From Octopus sinensis (lineage: Eukaryota), in the NCBI RefSeq assembly GCF_006345805.1, contig NW_021836906.1:1-30786 (forward strand): a stretch of 30,786 bases of DNA, given 5' to 3'. A program made the translations under genes and the position numbers. Position 1 is the stretch's first letter. Each line of letters opens with the position of its first letter. The notes beneath the pieces are model-generated. The model was given only the letters and a program-made list of their open reading frames with translations, was not told the DNA's origin and made no database searches. Shown piece by piece: positions 1 to 9,949 of the stretch.

Positions 1-14
1 TTAACTTTAACTAT

Positions 15-71
<57 letters not shown>

Positions 72-329
72 TTGACAAATTATATTACTAAATAATTGCT
101 CGGATTTCCTAGTCTCCTTCTAGCATGAACATTTGGGAATATATATATATATAGGGGGACTTGTAACCACTACAATATGTAGCGGCAGCAAGTCAACAGG
201 TTGTTCTGAGACTTAACCTACGAACTTTTATTTTTGGATATAGCGGGGTTACTCAGATGTGCTTGTGTTATTCGCTTCCGCTGTTTTCCAGGGGTACGTG
301 TGAGTATTTCACTTATATTCTCTCGTAAG

Positions 330-388
330 CTTAACTGAAGACGAACAAACACTTATAGTGTTGATTCCGAAATTGATTCAATATTAAG
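330..388 (+). ncRNA. Type I hammerhead ribozyme-like motif (Penelope-like element type), near-intact
   Basis: cttaa-CTGAAGA-cgaacaaacacttatagtgttgattcc-GAAA-ttgattcaa-TA-ttaag. Stem I is 330-334 with 384-388 (5 bp, perfect). Stem II is about 10 bp with two bulges but a C-C mismatch at its base. Stem III is 372-375 with 379-382. The NUH triplet is AUA (381-383). Confidence 0.65.
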
Positions 389-649
389 ATAACGAAATTT
401 AAATGTTCCAAAGGTAGAGTTGCCCGCATTTCAGTTCAACTTTCTGTAGCAAGTAGATTAAACGTGGATTCCAGTATATTGGCTTTAGAAAACTTTCTTT
501 AGCCCTTGCTTATGAGATATTTATAATTTTAACCGTAAAGGTTCTTTTAATATACTGCCACAATTCCTGATGGAGTTTTTTTCTGTAGAGAAAAAGGCTA
601 CATCCCTTTTAATAGTATATATATATATATATATAGTAACATAATTTCA

Positions 650-960
650 TCAATTCTTACATTCCCGAAATATCCAGTTCAAAACTCTAAACAACAGCAA
701 AATTCCTCATCAAACTAAAGTAAATGTCCTCATCATAACTCTCTTCCAGCCCATACTCTACACACACATACTTTCTTCCTATCTATCTCACCTCCTTGCA
801 CAACTATTTCCTCGGCTTATGAACACCACACATTATTATCTCATAGAACCCCTCCTCTCAAAACCAAATCAAACCAGACAGAGCCCCAGTAATAAAACAT
901 AGTCTGATGAAAGAGAGCAAGCCAAAATTTCGAAATCATTGTCAAGCTTTTCCTTGAAAA
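650..960 (+). mobile_element. Possible Penelope-like 3' end or pseudo-LTR relic
   Basis: Reading 'HSRNIQFKTLNNSKIPHQTKVNVLIITLFQPIL' weakly resembles a GIY-YIG C-terminus. It is followed by a CTGATGA...CGAAA core at 903-934 whose stems do not close. Confidence 0.3.
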
Positions 961-1039
961 GTTAATAAATTTCTCTACAAAAAGTATTGAGTACTTCTTC
1001 AGTTGAATGTTGAAATGCAAAACCCAACTGGAATTTTGT

Positions 1040-2390
1040 TGTCAGGACGTTTTTATTCGATGTGAATACACTTTTGATATGCTGAATCCAAAAATGGAAT
1101 CTATTTATTATCATTACGTCTAGATTTTCTCAATTTTCCTCATTTTTCAGAAAAATGCATTGTTTACCTGTGAAATCTGATACGAATGTTTATTAGGATT
1201 TGTATATTATTTTATTAAGAATCGGGGAAAATCATTGGATGATCAAAGAATGGCCACAGCGAACATTAGTTCCAAACTCTTTTAGTGCGGCTGAAGTGCC
1301 TTTAGTTCAACAGGGAAAAGATATCCTCTCCCCCACTCCATATCAAACTAGGCGTCATCAAACAGTTTGCCAAAGCTCTAGATAAAGATGGTACAGCACA
1401 TTACCCGGTTCTGCGCATTGAAAAGATAAAAGGTTAAGTATTTGATGAGTGGCAAATCAAAAAAATTGATGAAAAATAGGGACTTTGTGAATTCATTGAA
1501 CTGCATTGAAACAGTAGCATGCAATACATTTGTAATTGTTGTAAATGACATTCTAGGCAACAATAAAGCAACCAAAAATGGCGAAATAGTCGACAATATA
1601 CTGGAGAACTTTCCAAAGTTGGGAGCATATATGAGCATAAAGCGGCACTATCTCCACAGCCATCTTGATAAATTCCCTGAAAATCTTGGTGACACAAGGT
1701 AAGAGCAGAAAGAACGTTCTCATCAGGACATAAAATCAATGGAACAAAGTTATCAAGGCAGATGGGACTTGCATATGATGGAGGACTAGTGTTGGAACAT
1801 AGCTCGTGATCTTTCTGAGATTCAGCACTCAAGAAAATCATCCAAACGCAAATTCATGGGAAATTAAGCATAAACAATGATGTAATTTGTCTGTAGAAAT
1901 TCTAAGTTTCGTTTTTGGATTGGGTTTGCAAGATTCTTTATGTGAGTTCGTGTGTTGTGTCTGAGCAGAGTCATTCTTTCTTGGTGCCTTATAATCTAAT
2001 ACACCCAGCGGTAAAATTTCCACTCATTTCCTTCTTTATTTTTCTAAAACTACTGAAAAGGTTGCAAGATGCTACGAAAATTTTAAGAACATAAAAAAGA
2101 AATAAGTGGAAATTTTACCGGTGAGTATGTTAAATAATAAGGCACTAAAAGAGAATGACTCTCCCCAGACATAGCAGAAAATTCTAAGTTGTTTTTCTAT
2201 TTTTTAGTAGAATTTTAAGAAAACATTCTGGTTGTGAAGAAAAACATGTTTGTACATTTGTTTGTATGTTATGCCCTGTTCTTCATTAGCTGTTTTATTG
2301 AAAATCAAAATAAAACAATGAAATACTATAGATTCGGTATCTTAAAGTCTTAACATAATGGTAATAAAAGGATGTTACTTTTGGTTCTGT
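1040..2390 (+). mobile_element. Degenerate Chapaev-like DNA transposon (internally deleted), transposase C-terminal relic at about 1215-1850
   Basis: Frameshifted peptides ENHWMIKEWPQRTLVP, LPPLHIKLGVIKQFAKALDK, LGAYMSIKRHYLHSHLDKFPENLGD and HQDIKSMEQSYQGRWDLHMMEDY match the LPPLHIKLG / MSxKxHFLHSHLD / ERFHQDI...RYQGRW motifs I recall for Chapaev transposases. The gctgaatccaaaaatg subterminal-like motif is at 1081. Element ends are approximate. Confidence 0.7.
1909..2178. mobile_element. Fold-back non-autonomous element with hammerhead-like core, inserted in the Chapaev relic
   Basis: Inverted arms of about 70 bp (1956-2030 and 2098-2170). Flanking direct repeat aaattctaagtt at 1897-1908 and 2179-2190. 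Core CTGAAAA-g-gttgc-aagat-gctac-GAAA at 2053-2079. A homologous single copy lies at 12915-13130. Confidence 0.7.
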
Positions 2391-2617
2391 AATAAAGCCC
2401 GTTGTTCAGATCCAAATTTTATGACAACAGAGGAAAGAAGCTTTCTTTTTTAATTTCTGGCCTATATTATTTTTATAATTACTCGACATAAAAACAAGCA
2501 TTAATTACATGCATACTTATATTCGGGGGTGGGTGAGTGTATGCATACACATCGAACCTCGAGTCGCTATCTTTCCAGATTCACGTGGTTGGAAAACGAG
2601 TTTCTTAACCACACAAC

Positions 2618-2915
2618 CAATGGCGGACTGGCCAGGGTTGCCAGCTTGCCCGATGGCAACTGGGCCCCTGCACCATTACAATCCAATATATGGGGGCCCA
2701 TGTTAGTATCTAAGGGGCCCATCCCCTCAAGTTTGGGAATTTATTATTCACTCCGGGAAGAATGCATTAATTATTTCAGCCTGGCTGTGTCTGTGTACAC
2801 TTGAAAAAAGTATTTTTAACAACAACAACAAAAAAATTAAATGATAGCATTGTAGTTGCAGGTGGGACTCCTTAGTCTCCTGGCAACCAATATTTTTAGA
2901 CCCAGTCCGCCACTG
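2618..2915. mobile_element. hAT-like MITE
   Basis: Terminal inverted repeat caatggcggactgg (2618) / ccagtccgccactg (ends 2915), 13/14 match, plus a subterminal ggttgccag. No clean 8-bp TSD. Confidence 0.55.
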
Positions 2916-2966
2916 CACATTTTTTATGACAAAAGATTATTTAGAAATTATAGAATTACGTGATAT

Positions 2967-3028
2967 ACATACATACATACATACATACATACATACATAC
3001 ATACATACATACATACATACATACATAC
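2967..3028. repeat. (CATA)n microsatellite
   Basis: Perfect tetranucleotide run. Confidence 0.95.
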
Positions 3029-3076
3029 GTACATACAAATATATATACACGTGTGTCTGTGTGTGTGTATGTGTGC

Positions 3077-3281
3077 GTCTTCTATAGCCTTGGGCCGACC
3101 AAAGCCTTGTGAGTGTGTTTGTCCCCACCACCATCGCTTGAAAACCGATTCGGCAAAAGAGACCGATAGAATACGTACTAGGCTTGCAAAGAATAAGTCC
3201 TGGGGTTGATTTCTTCGACTAAAGGCGGTGCTCCAGCATGGCCGCAGTCAAATGGCTGAAACAAATAAAAGAAGAAAAGAA
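3077..3281 (+). mobile_element. SINE family A, partial copy (body fused to tail)
   Basis: tatagccttgggccgaccaaagccttgtgagtg followed by the tail ...aaaggcggtgctccagcatggccgcagtcaaatggctgaaac, matching the other family A copies. Confidence 0.9.
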
Positions 3282-3675
3282 TATCGTTGTTGCTATTGCT
3301 GATGCTATAATTGCTCATCTAGCTCTCATTTTTTTATTTTGCTTCTTTTGTCGTTATTGCTGCTGTCTTGTTTAACTTGAGATCTGCTCTGATTGAGCTG
3401 ACCTATGATCAAACACAATCCCGCCTGGACCATCTAAGTTTGTTCGTCTGTCGATGGATACCAGGCCCACGTTATTCAAGCTGTCCTTTTATCTCTTAGG
3501 AAAGTATAATGGGATTTGAGGGCGAGGGGTGTTTAACGGCTGTTTCTTGTATATTTATGCGACCATTTTCAGCAGCCTAACTGGCTTATGCTGTAATGGT
3601 TTGTGTAGTAGTACTGGTATTTTCAGAGCTTTTGGAATTGTTTTGGAGTTGTTCTTGGTATTAGTGTTGCTGCTA

Positions 3676-3719
<44 letters not shown>

Positions 3720-3761
3720 TAGTAGTAGTAGTAGTAGTGGTGGTGGTGGTGGTGGTGGTGG
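3676..3761. repeat. (TAG)n-(TGG)n compound microsatellite
   Basis: Direct reading. Confidence 0.95.
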
Positions 3762-3849
3762 TTAGTCTCAGGTCAAATTTTGAGTAGATCTAAGATGAAG
3801 TTACATCTAGTGAACATTCTATTTTCCATAGACTATCTTGGAATACATT

Positions 3850-3989
3850 AGGAGTGGGTGTATGGTAAGTAGCTTGCTTACCAACTACATGGTTCCGGGC
3901 TCAGTCCCACAGCGTGGTACCTTGGGCAAGTGTCTTCTACTAAAGCCTCGTGAGTGGATTTGGTAGACGGAAACTGAAAGAAGGCCGTC

Positions 3990-4027
<38 letters not shown>

Positions 4028-4281
4028 GACGGCCTATATATATATAGTCAGATGCCAAGATAGATCGTTAGCCACTACACACATTTTTTCTCTCCTTGTT
4101 TCTCTCCTTGTTTTCTGTGTCCATTTCTGTAGAAGAGCGTAGGCTCGAAACGTAAAAGACTTTTTCTATTCCTGAGCGTTATAGAAATACATCTGTTTGT
4201 TTTGTACACCACCTGTCTTCGTCTTTTGTTTTTTTCGTAAACTCTCCCTACACACTCATATATATATATATATATATATAT

Positions 4282-4324
<43 letters not shown>

Positions 4325-4486
4325 TCCCCACCACCATCGCTTGAAAACCGATTCGGCAAAAGAGACCGATAGAATACGTACTAGGCTTGCAAAGAATAAA
4401 TCCCGGGGTTGATTTGTTCGACTAAAGGCGGTACTCCAGCATGGCCGCAGTCAAATGACTGAAACAATTAAAAGAAGAAAAGAATA
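3850..4486 (+). mobile_element. SINE family A (tRNA head, CORE-like central part, internal microsatellite), interrupted by a nested insertion
   Basis: tRNA-like head with degenerate A and B boxes, ccttgggcaagtgtctt CORE-like segment, internal (TA)n/(GT)n and a conserved tail. The foreign insert occupies about 4047-4255. Confidence 0.9.
4047..4255 (+). mobile_element. Short Penelope-like pseudo-LTR-type element with variant hammerhead motif (4119-4160)
   Basis: gtc-ca-ttt-CTGTAGA-a-gagc-gtag-gctc-GAAAC-GTA-aaa-gac. Stem II is a perfect 4 bp, stem III has no loop (dimer type), and stem I is 3+3 bp with a bulge. The element is flanked by (TA)n on both sides. Confidence 0.6.
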
Positions 4487-5555
4487 TCGTTGTTGCTATT
4501 GCTGATGTTGTTGCAATTGTGGCGATTGTTATTGTTGCTGTTGCCGCTACTTTTGTTGTTGTTGTTGTGGCTGCTGCTACTACTGCTGCTGCCGCTGCTG
4601 CTGGTGGTGAGGCAGTATGCCCTGTTTCCCTATACTTGCACCTAGCGCACACATGTGTACATATGGTTGGCTGCGGTGATAAGTGATATTGGTAGAGGAA
4701 AGATACAGATAGTCAGTGTGCGCATGTGCATGTATGTGTATACACATGTAGAAAGTCTGTGTGTGTTTGTACGCATGTATGTATATGTGTACGGATGCGC
4801 ATACACATATGTGCGAGATAGTTTTTGTTTATATCTGCACGGTATGTATATATGTGTGTGTGAGTGTGAGTGCGCGTGCTTGTGTGTGTATGTGTGTGTG
4901 TGCGTGCTTGTGTGTGTGTGTGTGTGTGGTGTGTGTGTGTTTTTCCCCACCACCATCGCTTGAAACCGCGATTCGGCAAAAGAGACCGATAGAATACGTA
5001 CTAGGCTTGCAAAGAATAAATCCCGGGGTTGATTTGTTCGACTAAAGGCGGTATCTCCAGCATGGCCGCAGTCAAATGACTGAAACAATTAAAAGAAGAA
5101 AAGAATATCGTTGTTGCTATTGCTGATGTTGTTGCAATTGTGGCGATTGTTATTGTTGCTGTTGCCGCTACTTTTGTTGTTGTTGTTGTGGTCTGCTGCT
5201 ACTACTTGCTGCTGCCTGCTGCTGGTGGTGAGGCAGTATGCCCTGTTTCCCTATACTTGCACCTAGCGCACATCAGGTACATATGGTTGGCTGCGGTGAT
5301 AAGTGATATTGGTAGAGGAAAGATACAGATAGTCAGTGTGCGCATGTGCATGTATGTGTATACACATGTAGAAAGTCTGTGTGTGTTTGTACGCATGTAT
5401 GTATATGTGTACGGATGCGCATACACATATGTGCGAGATAGTTTTTGTTTATATCTGCACGGGTATGTATATATGTGTGTGTGAGTGTGAGTGCGCGTGC
5501 TTGTGTGTGTATGTGTGTGTGTGCGTGCTTGTGTGTGTGTGTGTGTGTGGTGTGT
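4310..5555 (+). repeat. Tandem duplication of about 620 bp (two units)
   Basis: ccccaccaccatcgc at 4326 and 4945; gaggcagtatgccc at 4609 and 5230. The units are nearly identical apart from small indels. Confidence 0.95.
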
Positions 5556-5877
5556 GTGAGTGGGTGAGAGAGGTTTTGTGCGTGTGCGTGTGTATGCGTG
5601 TAAAGAGATGGAAGTAAAAATAAGATAAAATAATGTCAGAGTTGACCTCAATTAAAATTATGTCATTTCCGGGGACATAGGTCAACCGAGAGGAAATGTA
5701 TACACATGCATACACGCCCGCACCCACAAATATACACACGCATACACACACTACACACACACACTACACACACACATATAGCTATCAACAACTAGGTATA
5801 TAAAGAAAATATATAATTAAATGTGTGTGTGTGTATATTTATATATATGTATCTATATGTGTGTGTTGTGTGTGTGT

Positions 5878-5911
<34 letters not shown>

Positions 5912-6192
5912 TGTGTGTGTGTTTGTGTAGTCCTGTGAAGCATGACACCTAACCAAAAATTAGTCTAGAAATAACAGTCAAAATCTCCTTCATATCACTC
6001 GACTATCTTAAAAAACAGAGAGCCAGAATTGTCACTGAAGAGGTAATCGTTGTAGCGTCAATACCTTCGATCTTAGATCTGTTCAATCTCAGATTGATTT
6101 GGTGCTTAATAACAACAATAAGAAGAACCATAATAATTTCTACAGCAGCTGATTGCATTATCAATAAAGTAGAATCGTAAGAGCGCTGGACA

Positions 6193-6297
6193 AAATGCTT
6201 AGCGGTATTTCGCCCGTCGCTACGTTCAGAGTTCAAATTCCGCCGAGGTTGACTTTGCCTTTCATCCTTTCGGGATCGATAAATTAAGTACCAGTTG
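6193..6297 (+). mobile_element. SINE family B fragment (tRNA head, Meta-like domain)
   Basis: aaatgcttagcggtatttcg...gagttcaaattccgccgaggttgactttgcctttcatcctttcgggatcgataaattaagtaccag. Confidence 0.9.
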
Positions 6298-6697
6298 AAC
6301 CCTTATGGCAAAATTTGAAACTATTATTAATAAAGTAGATATATAGATGTATTTACGTTGTTATTCTATATTTCATTTCTTAACCTGCACCCGGATATAC
6401 GCTCTCCTGATGGAAGGTAGGAGTGTATCCTGTTGGCTCGTGCCCGACCGGCATTACAGGTCTTTAGGTCTGTGTTTACACGAATCTCATAAAGATGATT
6501 CCTCGACTTCCCTGAGGACTGTTTGTCAGTAATTACCTTTCAGTTAGTTTCTCATCCCTCGACACTGAAAAGATGAGCGCTACATTGCTTATTTTCTACC
6601 TGACTCGAGAGACATTCTATGGCTGGCGATATCTCTAGCAGGCATCGAAGGCGGCGACGTACTGAACACTGTACATGATGATTTCTCAAATCTTCCA

Positions 6698-6785
6698 CTA
6701 CTACTACTACTACTACTACAACTACTACTACTACCACCACCACCACCACCACCACCACCACCACCACTATCACCACTAGCACTAC
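6698..6785. repeat. (CTA)n-(CCA)n compound microsatellite
   Basis: Direct reading. Confidence 0.9.
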
Positions 6786-7430
6786 CACGCCGCCAGACAG
6801 AATATAAAATCTAGATATTATAGTTAACAACTCTGAACGAGAAATAGTCAAGAAATTAATAATTTCACGCTTCAATGTTACAATGAGATGCATATATATA
6901 TATAGACACCACACACGCACACAGATATTTGTATATACACACTTACACGCCAACGTGCAAAGATATATGTGTGCGTGCGTGTGCGTGTTCATGACTCGAT
7001 TCTTTCAAAGTGCAGATTTTGACACAGGCCATTCTTTGTTTTACTCCAAGATTAGGTTAATCGCCGAAGGAACACAATTCGAAACCACCCGGAAAATGGT
7101 GCATTGCTGTTACTATGGTACAATACGCGCATAAAGCGGAGTTCATAAGATTATTGGCGGGTGCCCTCCCTGCAAACTCCACACATACACACACACACAC
7201 GGAAAGGTGCAGATGAGATTAGATTCTTTGAGTGAAACCAAGGGTCTTTGGTAAGAAGCGGTGCAAGTCACAAAATTGTTTTTGAACCAATTTCGAGCAC
7301 TACTTGAACGTAAACATTGAAACAGCCAGACAGTCTTAAAAGCATTAAGAATAGCAAAATGCAAGGCTGAGAAGAAAATCAGATGCAGTGCAGATGACTA
7401 CCGGCGGCCATTTTGGACAACCTCCTTATA

Positions 7431-7593
7431 GGCGCAAGAGTGGCTGTGTGGTAAGTAGCTTGCTTCCCAACCACATGATTCCGGGTTCAGTCCCACTGCG
7501 TGGTGCATTGGGCAGGTGTCTTCTACTATAGTCTCGGGCCGACCAAGGCCTTGTGAGTGGAATTGGTAGACGGAAACTCAAAGAAGCCCGTCG

Positions 7594-7625
<32 letters not shown>

Positions 7626-7879
7626 ATATTACGTTTGGGTGTTGCGTGTATGTGTGTGTGTGCGTGTATGTGTGTGTGTGTTTGTCTCTCCAAAATCGCT
7701 TGACAACCGATGCTTATGTGTTTATGTCCCCGTAACTAAGCGGTTCGGCAGAAGAGACGGATAGAATAAGTACTAGGTTTACGAAGAATAGTCCAGGGAT
7801 TGATTTGCTCGACTAGAGGTGGTGCTCCAGCACGGCCGAAGTCAAATGAATGAAACAGGTAAAAAAAAATAAAAGAATA
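7431..7879 (+). mobile_element. SINE family A, full-length
   Basis: A box tggctgtgtgg, B box ggttcagtccc, internal (TA)n/(GT)n, tail ending gtcaaatgaatgaaacaggtaaaa...aaaagaata. Confidence 0.92.
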
Positions 7880-7914
7880 GAGTCTAAGACAAAAAGACCC
7901 ATTGGCGGAACAGC

Positions 7915-8515
7915 CTCGACACGAGTTTGGCTAACAAGAAATGTCAGAAGGACCGTATGCTAACGTCCCACAGCAAAGTTTCATTCTATAGAGATTGTAT
8001 CCTTAAGTACGCTGATTTATAGCAGTGAAATACGAAGCATTTACTCAAGAGAAAGTAACCCGTGTCAGATTCTGAACAGACTAGCTAACCAACAATGAGG
8101 TCCTGGCTGGCGTACAGATTCCTGCAACAACGACGCCTCCATTGGCTGAGCGATGCACATTACATGTCATTTAAATGGATCCTAAAAGATCTGATCTATT
8201 GTGAATTGGTCTCCGGCAAGAGAACACAAGGACAACTCTATCTCCGTTTCAAAGATGCCTGCAAGACAAACACGAAGTATTTTCATTTGAACACCGCAAA
8301 GTTGTTGACTTTGGTTCATCGATCTTTGGTGGATCAATCTTTGGTTCATCGATCCCGCTGAACAATGCAAATAAACAAGAGTTTAAAATGACGACGAGAA
8401 AGGCTGAGGATTAGCAATGAAGAAAAGCGAATTTGATTGAAAATCAGCTCCATTCGACTAGAGGACAGGGCCTTCAAATGTAACCACTTCAGTCAATGAC
8501 TCACATACGGCTTTC
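7915..8515 (+). mobile_element. RTE-clade LINE 3' relic
   Basis: Frameshifted peptides: STLIYSSE, NNEVLAGVQIP, LQQRRLHWL...ILKDLIYCELVSGKRTQGQLYLRFKDACK, and FKCNH. These match RTE post-RT motifs (RRLRWLGHV...PKxLLYGEL...G.P.LR.KD..K). A 15-bp triplication lies at about 8310-8355. Confidence 0.75.
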
Positions 8516-8537
8516 TATACATACATACATACATACA

Positions 8538-8583
<46 letters not shown>

Positions 8584-8684
8584 CATATATATACATATAT
8601 ATATATACATATATATATATGTGTGTGTGTGTGTGTTGTGTGTGTGTGTGTATGTGTGTGTCTGTATGTATGTATGTATTTATG

Positions 8685-9360
8685 TATTTATATTAAAAGC
8701 ATTACTATACATAAATGCCTCACTCCAGGAGGGACTCTTAAAGTCAAAACTACCATAATAAGCACATTGTACTGAACGTGAGGAAAAGCAACTCTGGAAG
8801 CGAGCCTTTTATAAACAGATTCAGCCGCAGATCATGATTTCATAATTAGAGCACAAAAATGCACTTTTTAATCGTCAGTGCAGGCACAATAAAGACACAT
8901 AAAAATGAGCAAAAAGAATCAACATACCAGACGAACGCCAAATGTATCTAGCATAGTACATAGAATTGTTCACACTTATATATCTATGTTAGAGGCGGGC
9001 TTTTCGAGTTGCATCTAGGTACACGTGTTTATTGAGAATAAAATTCAGCACTGAATATATTCCGGTTAAATTTACAATTTAAAAATAATATAAAATCTTT
9101 ATAAGAGTTTATCAAATAGCATGAAAAACCTCATAAGGGAAAAAATTATTAATTATTCACTTTAAATATATTTATTTATATTAAGGACATTACTATACAT
9201 AAATGCCTCACGCTAGGAGTCCCTCCTAGCGTGAAGCATTTATGTATAGTAATGCCCTTAATATAAATAAATATATTTAAAGGGAATATTACTAATTTTT
9301 CTCTTATGAGGTTTTTCACGCTAACTACTTGATAAATTCTTATAAAGATTTTATCCTATT
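8685..9360 (-). mobile_element. Hammerhead-bearing non-autonomous element with terminal redundancy and a fold-back arm
   Basis: Direct repeat of about 46 bp at 8685-8730 and 9173-9219 (offset 488). Palindrome 9090-9354 with a 3-nt loop (9220-9222). Hammerhead-like motif on the minus strand at 8825-8883. Confidence 0.7.
8825..8883 (-). ncRNA. Type I hammerhead ribozyme-like motif, degenerate stem II
   Basis: Minus strand: ctgca-CTGACGA-ttaaaaagtgcatttttgtgctctaattat-GAAA-tcatga-TC-tgcgg. Stem I is 5 bp with one G-U pair, stem III is the palindrome ATCATGAT, the NUH triplet is AUC, and there is a U-U mismatch at the stem II base. Confidence 0.6.
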
Positions 9361-9362
9361 TC

Positions 9363-9414
<52 letters not shown>

Positions 9415-9949
9415 TAATATATATAATATATATATCAGACACGTGCCATCAGTAATTACTCAGGGTAGGCAGTTGGTGACGTTTATGTAGTAAAACATAC
9501 AAAAAATAAGCGAAACACAGGCATGCGACTGAGTTGAAGGCAGATTTACTTCTTCCTTTATAGCACGTAAAGAAAACGTTTTTGTAGGAGTGTACGCAGC
9601 ACGTGTGCTACAGCAGTACTATGCGTAGCTTAAATACTGAGATTGAAAGGCAGAGGTAAATTATGCCTACCTAATCTACAAAAAGATAAAATATTTTGCA
9701 TTTTATGCGTAGTAATTAGAGTTTTCCAGTCAGAATTCTGTGTCTAATGCCGATAGTCTATATTTTGGGTGCTTGCTAGGGAAATCAACACACTAATCGA
9801 CATATAACCATTAGCCTAAAATATTACATATATATATAGAGAGAGAGGGGGGGAGCGAGAGAGAGAGTGAGAGAGAGCGAGAGAGAGACAGACAGACAGA
9901 CAGAGAGTCTGGACAGTATTAATTTCCAGCAACAGCCTTCCCATGTTAA

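Noticed and set aside
897-946. CTGATGA...CGAAA...GTC hammerhead-like core
   Set aside because: Stem II needs two extra unpaired A, and stem I does not pair (catagt versus aagct). Kept only as weak support for a PLE relic.
960-1005. Minus-strand CTGAAGA...GAAA
   Set aside because: No stem II adjacent to GAAA and no stem I.
2610-2923. 8-bp TSD for the hAT-like MITE
   Set aside because: The flanks cacacaac and cacatttt match at only 4/8, so no TSD is claimed.
6034-6070. CTGAAGA followed by a ggta/tacc stem
   Set aside because: No GAAA after the stem.
7431-7500. tRNA-like sequences with A and B boxes
   Set aside because: They are SINE heads continuing into SINE bodies, with no full cloverleaf.
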